Source: Octopus sinensis
Lineage: Eukaryota
Direction: 5' to 3'
Assembly (NCBI RefSeq): GCF_006345805.1
Contig: NW_021835538.1
Coordinates: 1-39,715 of the forward strand
Length of the DNA stretch: 39,715 nt
The notes below the pieces were generated by a model. That model was not told the DNA's origin, did not search any database, and saw only the letters and a program-made list of their open reading frames with translations. Position 1 is the first letter of the stretch; each line of letters opens with the position of its first letter. Below are positions 10,519 to 23,266 of the stretch, one piece after another. The translations under genes and the position numbers were made by a program.

Positions 10519-10799
10519 GTCACGCACGTACACTCACACACAGGTATACCTATCATATATGCACATACAAACCCATAAACGCATGGTTACACACACACAC
10601 ACACACACGCACAAATACGTATCTGTCTGTATATATATAGAAATATACAAGTAAACTCTCTCATGATGCTTGCCAAATCTCCGATGGGAACATACACGAT
10701 ACGTTTTAAAATATGTTGGTGGATAAAATATTCTCTGGAATTCTGAAAATTTGAAAGAAAATGTAAATAAAAGAAGAAATAATCAACATTCAAATTTCT

Positions 10800-11490
10800 G
10801 TAGTGAAATGTGAAATTTATTATCGGACAAACAAAACTTACAAAAGAATGTCAGAAATATGTAACTGGTGAAGTCTTTTAGTCATTGATGGGGTACCTTG
10901 GCCCACTCTAGCAAAGGGTTATTACTATTGGAGACATATCCGGGTGTAGGAGGTTGGTCCGGGATTTTTTTGAAGAAATTTGCCCAGTGAACATTTGGGT
11001 TTTATGGGGTCCGTTTCCGTTTTGGCGTATTTTGGTAAGGTATTAAAGAGAGCTGGACCGATTGAAGTAAAGTAGTTGTGACGTAATGTTGCTATGTGTA
11101 CGGAGTTCGATTTTCGTAGTGGGTGGATAGCACGGGGGCCAAGTCTTGGATGGATTTTAAAATTGATGCCAACATCACTTGTGCAATATTGATGGAATAT
11201 TTTCCACATCACGCAAATGATGTAGCGATCCTGGCAGCATTGGAGAGAGATTGATTTTATTTTTAGTTGACCCCAATAGTCAATGCCTCTCATGCCGTCT
11301 ACCTTTCTTGTCATTGACCTCTGGAGTGCTTCTACTTTCATAATGAGTTGCTTCGTATAGGGGGGAGGACCACAGTGGGCAACAGTATTCAAAGTGGTGT
11401 TGGGCAAAAGTAGAGTAGAGAAGGATGATGGTGTAGGCATCGCTAGACTGGAAAGTTCTCAGAATCCAAGGGCTAAATCATTTTTTTTCC
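10800..11490 (-). mobile_element. CR1/L2-group LINE 3' fragment (RT C-terminus plus 3' UTR), frameshifted
   Basis: Frames give WILRTFQSSDAYTIILLYSTFAQHHFEYCCPLWS, then PYTKQLIMKVEALQRSMTRKVDGMRGIDYW..DRYIICVMWKI..GPALFNTLP, typical of the CR1/L2-group C-terminus. Confidence 0.8.
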
Positions 11491-11505
11491 TTGTATGCGC
11501 CAATT

Positions 11506-11733
11506 CCTCTCGACACATGGCTATGATGCTCCCCCACTACTTCTGCTCTCCCTTAGGACATGCTCGACTGGTTATGGTCAAACAACTGACAAGCAAATCT
11601 GTGGTATTGAGCAGAATATTTGTTGTAGTCCATCTTTTATGCCAAGACAAAACAATGTACATGATAACACTTCCAATCAGTTAAAATCAGAAGCCATGAG
11701 AGCCACTGCCTGGTACTGCATCAAGCCATGCCA
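11506..11733 (-). mobile_element. TAA-array-associated element, copy 4 (left part only, internal deletion)
   Basis: Reverse complement of 5261-5510; abuts the (CAT)n(TAT)n array at 11734-11843. Confidence 0.8.
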
Positions 11734-11772
11734 TCATCATCATCATCATCATCATCATCATTATCATTATTA

Positions 11773-11843
<71 letters not shown>

Positions 11844-11845
<2 letters not shown>

Positions 11846-12030
11846 GGCAGTGAGCTGGCAGAATGGTTAGCATGCTGGGCATAACGCTTAGCGGCATTTC
11901 ATCTGTCTTTACGTTCTGAGTTCAATTTTCGCCGAGGTTGACTTTGCTTTTCATTTTTTCGGGATCGATATAATAAGTAGCAGTTGTGTACTGGGGGTCA
12001 ATGCAATCGACTTACCCCATCCCTTGAAAT
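11844..12030 (+). mobile_element. SINE-B
   Basis: AAGGCAGTGAGCTGGCAGAATGGTTAGC head and GAGTTCAATT B-box directly after (TTA)n. Confidence 0.75.
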
Positions 12031-12379
12031 AGCTTCTTTATTTTAATTTTTTTTCTTGTGCCAAAGTTCAAAATCTGTATTATCGATTTTCTTGCAACCT
12101 ATAAATCGAACCCAATTGTCAAAGCCGTAACGTTTGCGTTGTTCTTTAGTTTCAACAATGGCACATCGATCGAGCAATATGGCTGTTTCTATCTACGCCA
12201 ATGTTCCGTTCCTTTCCCTTCTGGTCAAGAGAAAGTTAGGACTACGCCGTATTTTCCAAGGCATCGACCCTAAGCTTTGCGTTGTATTTTGAGTTACCGG
12301 AAGTACACTATTAACGATCCTGCGATTCCAACTGAGCCATCAACAATTTGGTCGGCATATTTGGCTGTTTTGCATGCAT

Positions 12380-12581
12380 CTTTTACTCTTTTACTCTTTT
12401 ACTTGTTTCAGTCATTTTGACTGCGGCCATGCTGGAGCACCGCCTTTAGTCGAGCAAACAGACCCCGGGACTTATTCTTTGTAAGCCCAGTACTTATTCT
12501 ATCGGTCTCTTTTGCCGAACCGCTAAGTGACCGGGACGTAAACACACCAGCATCGGTTATCAAGCAATGCTAGGGGGACAA

Positions 12582-12667
<86 letters not shown>

Positions 12668-12833
12668 TACGACAGGCTTCTTTCAGTTTCCGTCTACCAA
12701 ATCCACTCACAAGGCATTGGTCGGCCCCGGGCTATAGTAGAAGACACTTGCCCAAGATGCCACGCAGTGGGACTGAACCCGGAACCATGTGGTTGGTTAG
12801 CAAGCTACTTACCACACAGCCACTCCTGCGCCT
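12380..12833 (-). mobile_element. SINE-A, full-length
   Basis: Reverse complement of 3757-4186. Confidence 0.9.
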
Positions 12834-12879
12834 GCATCTGTTCTTGATTATTTCGAAAGCCCTTCAGTGTTGTCTCCTC

Positions 12880-13600
12880 AATCTTCGCATTTATATCTCC
12901 CACATATTCTTGCATCAGGCTTTCAGAATATCGTGTTTACCAAAACCATTTTCAAGAATCTTTGTCCGGTATCGTTAAAGGTTCTTTTGAGCCTTAGGTC
13001 TTCTGGGATGCCGTCGTTATTTACCCTTCAAATGCAACAAAACAAAGTGCAGTGTCATATCGGATGTGCCGCGGGTCGTTAGACACTAATTTCCCTCCAT
13101 ATACGTTCATGATTGTTGTCTTCGCCTGTTTCTGAAAACATAGCTGCCATCTTAGAAACCGTTGCATATGCATAATTAGGCTTCCGTACAGTTGCATATC
13201 GGCAGCACCAAACACCCTCGTCCAGAAACTGTAATGCATCTTGTTATTTGTATGGTTTGGGAGCGCCAGTTCAGACTGTTCGACTCGATTTTCCAAGTGA
13301 GGTGCTACTCACCATGTTCTTTTCATTGACGATGTGATTGGATTAACGGTTCCTGATGGTCGATCAAATGCCACATGGTCACAGCGGATGAGGAGGTATC
13401 ACACAGAGATGGGAACTGACTGGAACTCTGCTCGGTGGGGCCTCGGGGGGGGGACCCGGGAATACGTATACTGACCCCAGGTAAAAGCAACAACGCACTG
13501 CAATGGCGTTTGCCCTCCTCGCACCATCTGCCCCAGCTGGCCTGACAGATGCATTGATGAAGATCCTGTGTATCCGCTACATCAATTCCTCATATGGGTT
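12880..13600 (-). mobile_element. Possible highly degenerate Ty3/Gypsy-like RT remnant
   Basis: Broken frames give AFTWGQYTYSRVP, LQFL, QRFL and LKGKITTA..LTIPD in the order expected for an LTR-type RT/thumb. No intact YxDD motif. Confidence 0.3.
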
Positions 13601-14024
13601 TAAACTGTGCACAGAATGAATAAATTTCCTGGAGTAAACCTTGAAGCTACTTCATGTAGTGTTTACTCGTGTATAACACGCGCTGTTTTGTGCTTGATTT
13701 TCACTGAAAAGGAAAGAAACCCGGGGAGCGACATATACAAGACCAAAGCTAAAATTATGAAGGGAGAAAATGTTGTGCCAAGCTTTAACATTAAATTAGG
13801 GGTGCGACTTATACATAAACATGTCATTTTCACTTGGGTGTTTGTAGGTCACGTGATTGTCGATTGTTCAGTCGTATTTCCGGATCATACATGTAGAGCT
13901 GTGAAATGAGTTGGACCTGAAGTGGGATCTAGTAAAAGATTCCTTACAACACAATGAGCTGAGTAACCCTGTCTTAGATGCGGTGTATGTATGTATGTAT
14001 GTATGTATGTATGTATGTATGTAT

Positions 14025-14083
<59 letters not shown>

Positions 14084-14217
14084 GAAAATGTGTCAAAGCC
14101 ATCAGGAGGCATCGATGCTTCCTAGGGCTAAACAGCGGTGGTGTAACCCTCTACTGTCACGTTCACGTTAGATTGACAGTATACAACCATTCTATATTAT
14201 ATATATTATATATAAAT

Positions 14218-14302
14218 CATCATCATCGTCGTTTAACGTCCGCTTTCCATGCTAGCATGGGTTGGACGATTTGACTGAGGACTGGCGAACCAGATGGCTG
14301 CA
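14218..14302 (-). mobile_element. Short retroposon 3' tail ending in (GAT)n
   Basis: Minus strand reads CAAATCGTCCAACCCATGCTAGCATGGAAAGCGGACGTTAAACGACGATGATG; family recognised from memory of octopus repeats. Confidence 0.45.
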
Positions 14303-14993
14303 AACATATATATATATCCCGCCATCTTTAATCAGGTTTTCTTCATGCTGTAATCCAGATTACATGAACACAACTGCGCAGTTGTTACACACATATGTTT
14401 CTTTTTCCTTTTTTCCTTTCTTTTTTTTTTTTTTAGAGATAGAAATTCCTCTGCCAGCGACCATTATTGCTTGCCAATAAATATACGATTTGCTGTGGTA
14501 GATTTCTAGCCACAGCTTCTGCTAATTCTTCTCCAGATCTTAGTTTAACAGCAGAAAGGCCTTGTTGAGCATAAAGGGAAAATATATTGCTTGTTTCTTT
14601 CCATTTTGTGAATATGAGGACGTTGCAAGTGAGAGGTGTCATCCGCCTTCGCTAAAACAAGAAAAGAAATCAATATCGTGTGGTTATCAATATGTACAAT
14701 GGTTGGAACGGGAAGAAAATAGAAGAATGTTGAAAGAAAAGTAGAGAATGAAGAGGAGAACGGGAAGTAGGGGGAGGGAGGGAGGGAGGGAGGTATAGAG
14801 TGAAGAAGGCAGGAGGGAAAAAAGAAGGAAAGAAGAAACGAATGGAAAGGAAATGTTGAATAAAAGGTGAAAAGAGGAAGAAAGAATTGTGATGCTACGA
14901 GTAAGGTAGAGAGCCCATAGGGGCCAATGAAGACGAGGCTGAACCAATCCTTTATCACGGCATGCACATAACTATCTGCAGTGTTCACCTTAC

Positions 14994-15098
14994 CGGAAGA
15001 GGTGTCGAGTACTTTTAACCACTCCTGAACAAAAGAGTTCCAAAGTAGTGTCACCAGCGATAAACTGCACTGGCAACGTGTGCAGCGTGTGTATTGCA
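14994..15098 (-). CDS. Candidate 105-nt internal exon of an unidentified gene
   Basis: Pyrimidine-rich acceptor ..CCCAAG| and donor CG|GTAAGG. Two open frames (AIHTLHTLPVQFIAGDTTLELFCSGVVKSTRHLF or QYTRCTRC..QEWLKVLDTSS). A strong acceptor TTTCTTTTCTTGTTTTAG| at 14652 gives a 342-nt GT-AG intron. No family recognised. Confidence 0.3.
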
Positions 15099-15120
15099 CT
15101 TGGGAGATGGAAGACTTTGT

Positions 15121-15280
15121 GTGAGTGAGAGAGAGAGAGAGAGAGAGAGAGATTGTGTGTGTGTGAGAGAGAGAGAGAAGAGGAAAGAGAGAGGGAGAGT
15201 CATTGTGAGGAAAATTGAGAGAGAATATACAGAATTGAAAGTGGTTATAGAAAGATAAGAGAAAATGAAGGCTGATAAAT

Positions 15281-15315
<35 letters not shown>

Positions 15316-15437
15316 CGGGAGAGATGTAAGAATGCGACGGGGAGGGGGGATGAATTAAATTAAAGTCTAAGGAAAATATAAAGTTAGAGATTAAGAGAGA
15401 AAGAATGGAGAGAGTGATAGAGAGAGAGAGGGAGAGG

Positions 15438-15468
<31 letters not shown>

Positions 15469-16367
15469 AGACGAAGAATGTGTGCAGGGATAAAAGCAGA
15501 AAAACTCCGATAAGACTAAGTGTGTGTGTGTGTGTCATTATTTGTATATGAGGGAGAGAGAGAGAGAGAGAGAGAGAGGTAGAATCTAAGAAGGGAATGA
15601 GGGACGAAAGAGAGGAAATAAGAAAGAGAGACAGAGGTAATGTGAGAATTTGTGGGACGAGAGGAGAGAAAATGATAGAAAGAGAATGGAAGAGACTGAT
15701 AGAGAGAGAGAGAAATAGAGGGAGAGAAGGCATGTGGGAGAGAGAGAGAGAGAGAGAGAAGTGAATGGGTTGTAGTGAGAGACGGGGGAAGATAGGAGGA
15801 TAGTAGGAGGTTGTGTAATGTATAGAATGAGTGAAAGTTGAGAGAGAAAGCGAGAGAGAGAGGGATGGAGGGGAGCAGGTGGAGGGAATTGAGATATGGT
15901 GAATGAAAGAGAGAGAGAGAGGGAGAGGGGGAAAGACGAAGACAAATGAACCAGGGTGAAAGAGGAGGAGGAGGGGAGAGGTTGGGTGGGAGGAGAGGCC
16001 TAAGGGTATGGTTGAACAAAGGGACAATGATATAATTGTTACGTGTGGATTGCTGGTTTTTGATGAATATCAAGGTCAACAGATGTTGAACGAGAGATAG
16101 AGAAGGAACGCGAGCACACACACACACACACGTATATATATATGTATATATATATTATGTATGTATATATATATATGTATATATATATGTATGTATATAT
16201 ATATATATATACACCGGACTGAAGGAGTCAGAGAAAGACAGCCATACAGGAGCATATGGAGAGAACTGGAAGAGAGAGAGGAGAGAGAGAGAGAGAGAGA
16301 GAAGGAAGAGGAGAAGAAGGAGAAGAAGAAGAAGAAGAAGAAGAAAAGGAGGAAGAAGAAGAAGAAA

Positions 16368-16398
<31 letters not shown>

Positions 16399-16495
16399 GG
16401 AAGAAGAAGAAGAAGAAGAAGAAGAAGAAAAGGAAGAAGAAGAAGAAAAGGAAGAAGAAGAAGAAGAAGAAGAAGAAGAAGAAGAAGAAGAATAC
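15121..16495 (+). repeat. ~1.4-kb polypurine region: (GA)n, GA-rich and (GAA)n tracts, interrupted by (TA)n/(CA)n
   Basis: Direct reading; imperfect (GAA)n at about 16310-16492. Confidence 0.9.
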
Positions 16496-16964
16496 ACGGA
16501 CTGAAAGGAAGACACAGTGTGTGTAGCGTGGGGTAATAATGTTAAGGAATGATGGAATAAGAGAATAATGACTCTTGAAGAGTAATGAGGGAGAGAAAGA
16601 CACTGATTAATAGCGAAGGAGTAGCGATTGTAGAATTATTAGTTGTGACGGTGGGAAAATTTCTCAGAGGTGCCTTCTGCTTGAAGAATTATCACCAAGT
16701 AAGCATACTAGAATGATTGAAGCAAAGAGAAAGCTTTGATCCATTAGTTTCACCGGTGAAGAGGAGAAATATTTGTGTTGATGACAGATTTTGTTAGGAA
16801 GGTCAAGGGAAAGAACTCCGTTATTTACGTTGATTAAAAATTAAAGAGAAGCGTGGTGTTAGGCCCGAGTGTAGTCGGAGAGTGTGAGTGAGAGTGAGAG
16901 TGCGAGAAAAATGGCTGCTTTACAAGGGAGTGAATTCCTACTCATAGTGCCTACAAGATTTTTC

Positions 16965-17195
16965 TCGTACTTTTTTCTTTTTTATTTGTGTCAGTCATTT
17001 GACTGCGGCCATGCTGGAGCACTGCCTTTTAGTCGAATAAATCGATCCCGGGACTCATTCTTCGTAAGCCTAGTAGTTATTCTATCCGTCTCTTAATGCC
17101 GAACCGCTAAGTTACGAGGACGTACACACACCAACATAGGTTGTCATGCGATGGTGGGGGGTGGGGTGGACAGACACAAAGACACACACACACAT
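16965..17195 (-). mobile_element. SINE-A-related 3' half
   Basis: TCAGTCATTTGACTGCGGCCATGCTGGAGCAC tail motif and body up to the (CA)n. Confidence 0.75.
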
Positions 17196-17199
17196 ATTA

Positions 17200-17345
17200 A
17201 AAATGGGTGAAGGCCGTTTTATAGGATTATCTTAGGTTTCGCGTCCACACAGGGTTTACCTTTATAGCGTATCGTCAGCCATAAAGCTAAACCCTTTATG
17301 GACTAGAAACCTAAGGTAATCCCATAAACCGTCCTTCCCCATTTG
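17200..17345. mobile_element. 146-bp palindromic MITE (probably Tc1/mariner-derived)
   Basis: Arms 17201-17265 and 17281-17344 pair at about 80% with a 15-nt loop; TA on both flanks. Confidence 0.6.
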
Positions 17346-17874
17346 TATTGTATACTGCTCTACATCTTAGAGTCTGTTTCTTCTTTCGGATTTATGTTTT
17401 TTTACAACGATCGATTTGCCAGCGTTCCCTTCATAACATAGGCAGCAGTCATATTCGGTTAAAATGGCTTATTGATGTGTTTTGTTTCTCTTTTTCCCTG
17501 ATGAGAAGATCGCATTGTTTTACATAACTATTTGAAAACTATAGAAATATTTACAAAACATTTCACTTGATTTTTTTTTCTCTATAATATAATTGTTTCT
17601 CTTAGTTGAAAAAGTCAAAAAGTCTAAAAACGGAAACCGGTACTAAAATGTACTTCATGATAAAATTATTTTAGCATTTTCTACCGTCTTATTTTCCCTA
17701 TATATATATATATAATTCATGAGCGTGTTTATTTTGTTTTGTTTTTTTTCAAATTAAAAAAATGCGCGTAGAAATAAAACGCATTGGCAAAATGTTTTAT
17801 GTTATTCGAAAAAAGAGAATTTTGGGGTCTACAAAATAGTTTTACTGATTTTTGTGTATTTTCAGGTCATTACA

Positions 17875-18531
17875 ATGGAATGTTAATTGGACAAAATTGA
17901 GCATTTTCGACACCATTTCCTTTTTTCCATTTAATCGAGGTACTAAGGCCGCCAAAACTGCTCGAGAGATTTGTGCTGTGTATGGAGAAAAAAACGATGT
18001 CTCAAAGTACTGTCCCCCGTTGGTTTTCGCGCTTCAAAAACGGAAATTTTGACCTCAAGAACGGATCACACACCGGGCGACTAACTGAGTTTGATGAAGA
18101 GCGATTGAATCAACTTCTTCACGAAACTCCACGTCAAACGACCAGAGAATTGGTAGAGCAGATGGATTGAGATAAAAAAAAAAAGAAACTGTGGTGAATC
18201 GCCTTCGCTCAGGGGGTGAGTTTCAGAAACTCAACGCTTGAGAAACGCACACTTTGAACGAAAACATCAAAAAATCAACGCCCCACAATATGAGCAAAGC
18301 CGCGATTCAAGAACTTGAATAGGAAGTGCTGCCTCATCCTCCATAGTCTCTAGTTTTGGTTCTGTCAGATTTTCATCTCTTTCAACCGCTTTGCAACATT
18401 TTGCGCAGTGCATCGTTCAATAATGACGTGGAATTGAGGGCTTGGCTGGACGAATTCTTTGAGTCAAGTCCGGCAGATTTCTATCACTGAATCAAGTCGT
18501 AAACAATAACGGTGAGTATATTATTGGTTAA
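17875..18531 (+). mobile_element. mariner transposase pseudogene with internal deletion
   Basis: N-terminal FNRGTKAAKTAREICAVYGE..RWFSRFKNGNFDLK..GR..ETPRQTTREL and C-terminal EVLPHPP*S..SDFHLF..WLDEFFES..QVVNNNGEYII. Stops and frameshifts present; TIRs not identified. Confidence 0.85.
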
Positions 18532-19405
18532 TTTGTTGAAATTTTTTGTTTAAAATAAATTTGAAAAATGTCAGTTTGCCTGGAAAGAAACAATGAAGTT
18601 ATTAATATAAAAGAGTTGCAATCAATGCATGCGAGATTTCATGACCGTGGCATCACTCCTTCGTGGTCAGCCTATGAATCCTGTGTTCACCCTCGTAATT
18701 TGAATAACATTAGTCTGCTATTTCCATTCATTTTCCTGTCCTTTATTCCTGAAGGAATCATGAGGGGCTAGAATCCTCTGGCACCTTTTCTATAGTGACC
18801 TGTAAGAAGCAGCCGTGTGATATTTCAATCTGGGCCAAAGACCAGTTTTAGGCTCATAGAATAAGTATGAACTAGTTTTGAGCGTGACGTATTTTATAAC
18901 GAAAGAAGGGGCACGGCACCGAACACGCCTCTTCTAATAAAGGACAAGCAAATACTGGGGCCGATACAATATAACAAAACCCTTGAAGATAGTGCCCCAG
19001 CATGGCCTCACTTCAGTGATCGAAACCAATTAAAGGGTTTATTATTTTTTTTAAAAGAACTCCACAAAGCGGCAGCATATAGATTAGTCTATGGGAAATA
19101 TATATTTAAATAGTTCGATTTTAAAGAGTTGATAATCGAACGTCACAGTTTCTGGTGCCAGTCCAAATTCTCGGTCGGACAGTCCTATCGGTTTTGCTCA
19201 AAATTTATTGATTTCTGCAGAACCCGTCTCGATCAATACAGTACGATTTGGCATTCATATTTATTTATTTATTTATTTATATAGAAATTTTCCTTTTTCC
19301 TCTCCAGCACTGGAATACCAGATCGATAGATCAATGAAATAAATGCTGATTAATACTGATATTAAAATCAAAACAAAAATCAAGACCCCTTTCCCCCAAA
19401 TTTTA

Positions 19406-19473
<68 letters not shown>

Positions 19474-20055
19474 ATTGTTGTTGTTGACATTAAGGCGGCA
19501 AGCTAACGCAATCACTCTAAAATCTCAGGCCTTGTGCCTATAGTGGAAAGGGTGTTTTTGGGGATTACATTAACAATATTTTTCGTAGGATAATGATCAG
19601 TTCTTATGAGCAGTATTTTCTGAATTTCTTCCACTTCTAGTGGGACTGAACACGGAACCATGCGGCTGGGAACCGAACTTCTGACCACACAGCCACGCCT
19701 GCTATTTCGAACTAACATTACTTCCGTCGCTAATGTCGCATTCTTATTCATCCTGCCAGCCAACGGCAACACCTGTGTTAATCACTGTTTTACTCTACCT
19801 GTAGAGCTTAAATTCATCTCCTAAATTCAGTGGATGCTTGCGACTGACGATGCTCAAAGGAGCAGAAATACGTATTTATACACTTTTCCTCTGCTACTGA
19901 CATGTATCTGCGACTTTTAACACTATACGCCTATATGAGATACTTTCTCGAGACGAATACCGCAGTTTCCAGGCATTCCACAATATATCTGCCTGGAGTA
20001 TGATACACAGAACACAACTGTGAACTCACCCCCTGCTTCCGTCACTTATAACGAA

Positions 20056-20111
<56 letters not shown>

Positions 20112-20170
20112 TTAAATCCTTAAAAATGTTTTAGCCCGAAGGCCGCGGCCATGCTGGGGCACCACCGCTG

Positions 20171-20201
<31 letters not shown>

Positions 20202-20852
20202 TTATTTATTTATTTATTTATATATATACACACGGGTACAAATGTATATATACATGCGGGTGTGTGTGTATATCATGTTCACTGCTCTCCTCCTCTTACT
20301 AACATATGAAAAACACTGACGACGCAGTCATTGATGAATATGTCTGACTGTTAAAGGTCAGGCAATGTATTTACTATCGATCGTTGGGTACATGGATATT
20401 TATCTCTATGAAATATGTGCATAAACGATAAAAACGCAGACAGCGGCTTGACCTTTCTCAATCAGATCTACGCCAGTGTATTATCAGCACTATTGACATC
20501 TGAAGTTGGGACGGGCATGGTTTTGTTTTGTTTTCCTTACTTTTCTGGGAATATTAGAAGAATTGAAATAACTGCGAACAGGGCTAGAACTTGGGTCACC
20601 AACATCTGACTACCATGCACGTGTACATATACATACGTATACGATTAAATGCGACTGTGTGTGAGTGTAATCGAGTCTGTCATTATATCATAGTCAGGCT
20701 TGAAAGTTAAAACCATCGGCCTCTACAGTGATGATGGCTTGTAGCCCTATCAGAGCACGCCAACAGCTAGACACTAGACGAACATAAAAATCCTTGTTCA
20801 CCCTCTCCAATAAGTTCGGCGTTTGTGTATATTTAATTTCTTTATTGTCACA

Positions 20853-21229
20853 TACTCTTTACTCTTTTACTCTTTTACTCTTTTACTTGTTTCAGTCAGT
20901 TGACTGCGGCCATGCTGGAGCACCGCCTTTAGTCGAGCAAATCGACCCCGGGACTTATTCTTTGTAAGCCCAGTACTTATTCTATCGGTCTCTTTTTGCC
21001 GAACCGCTAAGTGACGGGGACGTAAACACACCAGCATCGGTTGTCAAGCAATGCTAGGTGGACAAACACAGACACACTAACATATACACACATATACATA
21101 TATATATATATATACATATATACGACAGGCTTCTTTCAGTTTCCGTCTACCAAATCCACTCACAAGGCATTGGTCGGCCCGGGGCTATAGCAGAAGACAC
21201 TTGCCCAAGATGCCACGCAGTGGGACTGA
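20853..21229 (-). mobile_element. SINE-A, head truncated
   Basis: Near-identical to the other SINE-A copies, but ends within the B-box. Confidence 0.9.
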
Positions 21230-21451
21230 TTCAACCATTTTATCGGCAGATATGAGTAAACTGAAAGAAAAGCTCGCCTACATTAACAAAGATTTCTGTT
21301 ACCCGCTCGTAGTTTACAGAAACAAATTTGTAGTTAAACAAAATAAAAAAGAAACTTCAATAAAGCTGCATCTTAGTACAATAATGCATTTGAAGTTAGT
21401 GGACGTGGGACAATAAGCAGAAAAACATTTCGTAATATTATGGGGATCAAT

Positions 21452-21665
21452 AAGGCGGCGAGCTGGCCGAAGCATCAGCGTGCCGGGCAAAATGTTTAGC
21501 GGCATTTCGTCTGACCTTACGTTCTGAGTTCAAATTCCGCCGATGTCAACTTTGCATTTCATACTTTCGGGGTCGATGAAATAAGTACCTGTTGAACTCT
21601 CTGGGGTTGAAGTAATCAACTTACCCCTCCCGCGAAATTGCTGGCTTTGTGCCAAAATTTGAAAC
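21452..21665 (+). mobile_element. SINE-B
   Basis: AAGGCGGCGAGCTGGC head, GAGTTCAAATTCC B-box. Confidence 0.75.
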
Positions 21666-21989
21666 CAATATTATGTGCATCGATCGTGGTTTCTCGTTAA
21701 ATATTGAATCTAACAGCAATACTCTTCTTAGCGTTGATAAATCAATATTTCCGTATCGATCACCGTTACAGCTAATCAATCATTGCAAAGTCAGTAAAAA
21801 CAACCCCTACCATTCCTGAGTTCCATTGTTGATGTAGGTGGAGACGGAAATTCATTTCACCATTATACTTTGCTTCGTTAGGGGAGTTACTGTTGGTTAC
21901 GCATCTGACGATTGCGAAAGTAAGACATCTCATTTGTCGTATGAAACTTGAAGTTATGCAGGGTTCGTATTAATCGTAATTACTGTAAC

Positions 21990-22374
21990 GGAGGCGCAAT
22001 GGCCCAGTGGTTAGGGCAGCGGACTCGCGGTCGTAGGATCGCGGTTTCGATTCCCAGACCGGGCGTTGTGAGTGTTTATTGATCGAAAACACCTAAAGCT
22101 CCACGAGGCTCCGGCAGGGGATGGTGGTGATCCTTGCTGTACTCTTTCACCACAACTTTCTTTCACTCTTACTTCCTGTTTCTGTTGTACCTGTATTTCA
22201 AAGGGCCGGCATTGTCACTCTCTGTGTCACGCTGAATATCCCCGAGAACTACGTTAAGGGTACACGTGTCTGTGGAGTGCTCAGCCACTTACACGTTAAT
22301 TTCACGAGCAGGCTGTTCCGTTGATTCGGATCAACCGGAACCCTCGTCGTCGGAACCGACGGAGTGCTTCCACC
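21990..22374 (+). mobile_element. SINE-C, full-length with target-site duplication
   Basis: tRNA-like head GGAGGCGCAATGGCCCAGTGGTTAGGGCAGCGGACTCGCGGTC..GGTTTCGATTCCC. TSD AATTACTGTAAC at 21978-21989 and 22375-22386. Confidence 0.9.
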
Positions 22375-22524
22375 AATTACTGTAACGTAATAAATATTTC
22401 ATTTTATTATATGAATTAAAAATAAGATGGTGAACTTGTCGGAAAAGTGCGTAGCGGTATTTTTTTCCTGGCTCTTTATGTGGTGAGTTCAAATCCCACC
22501 GGAGTCAGGTTTTCCTTTCGTATT

Positions 22525-22815
22525 TGTTGCTAAATTTAGACGGAAACTGAAAGAAGCCCGTCATATATATGTATATGTGTGTGTGTGTGTGCGCGCGCGT
22601 GTGTATATGTTTCCGTGTCTGTGTTTGTCCCCCCCCAACATCGCTTGACAACCGATGCTGATGTGTTTATGCCCCCGTAACTTAGCGTTTCGACAAAGGA
22701 GGCCAGTAGAATAAGTACTAGCCTTACAAAGAATAAGTGTTGGGGTCGATTTTCTCGACTAAAATGCAGTGCTCCAGCATGACCGCAGTCAAATGACCGA
22801 AACAAGTACAAGAAT
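22525..22815 (+). mobile_element. SINE-A-related 3' part
   Basis: GACGGAAACTGAAAGAAGCC..CCAGCATGACCGCAGTCAAATGACCGAAAC. Confidence 0.75.
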
Positions 22816-23266
22816 AAAATTTAGATATTATATTCGAAAATGTCACTAAATGCGTTAACATATTCGGACGTAACACTAAATGTAGACAAGGGCTTATTCT
22901 GTCCCTATCATAATCCTAACAAAGCTATTAAGTATATCCACACCTTATCAAATCATCCCCCAAAGTATCATTAAGGGGATAATCAAAGGTGTGTCGATAC
23001 GAACATCTAATTTATCCGCAAACGAAAAGATCTTCGGTGATTTTGCCCCCTCCCCTTTATAACACACCACTAAAGGACTGTGGCTTCAATAAAAAAAATA
23101 TATATTTTATGAAGAACACAATAATTAAAAACAAATTAGTCAAACGGTTTCCAAATATTGCGAATTCAAACATCGACACACCTCCCATGAACACACGCAC
23201 CCCACCACCGAATATAGAAACCAGCAACATTTTAGAAGACACTATAATTTATTCAATTATAACAAA

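Noticed and set aside
12748-12978. Recurrent peptides MPKMPRSGTEPGTMWLVSKLLTTQPLLR and MLGGQTQTH..
   Set aside because: They are reading frames through SINE-A copies, not a gene family.
13321-13345. Plus-strand FIDDV as an RT active site
   Set aside because: The other RT-like motifs nearby are on the minus strand; likely chance.
15245-16603. Long Ser/Leu, poly-F, poly-K and poly-E ORFs
   Set aside because: Products of (GA)n and (GAA)n tracts; no codon structure or splice support.
21880-21918. Plus-strand micro-exon candidates (also 16650-16707, 21250-21309)
   Set aside because: Acceptable AG/GT signals, but no recognisable or consistently phased peptide.
21990-22065. tRNA genes at SINE heads (also 31790-31930, 37119-37195)
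   Set aside because: A/B boxes are present but no complete cloverleaf with a paired acceptor stem, and they continue into repeat bodies.
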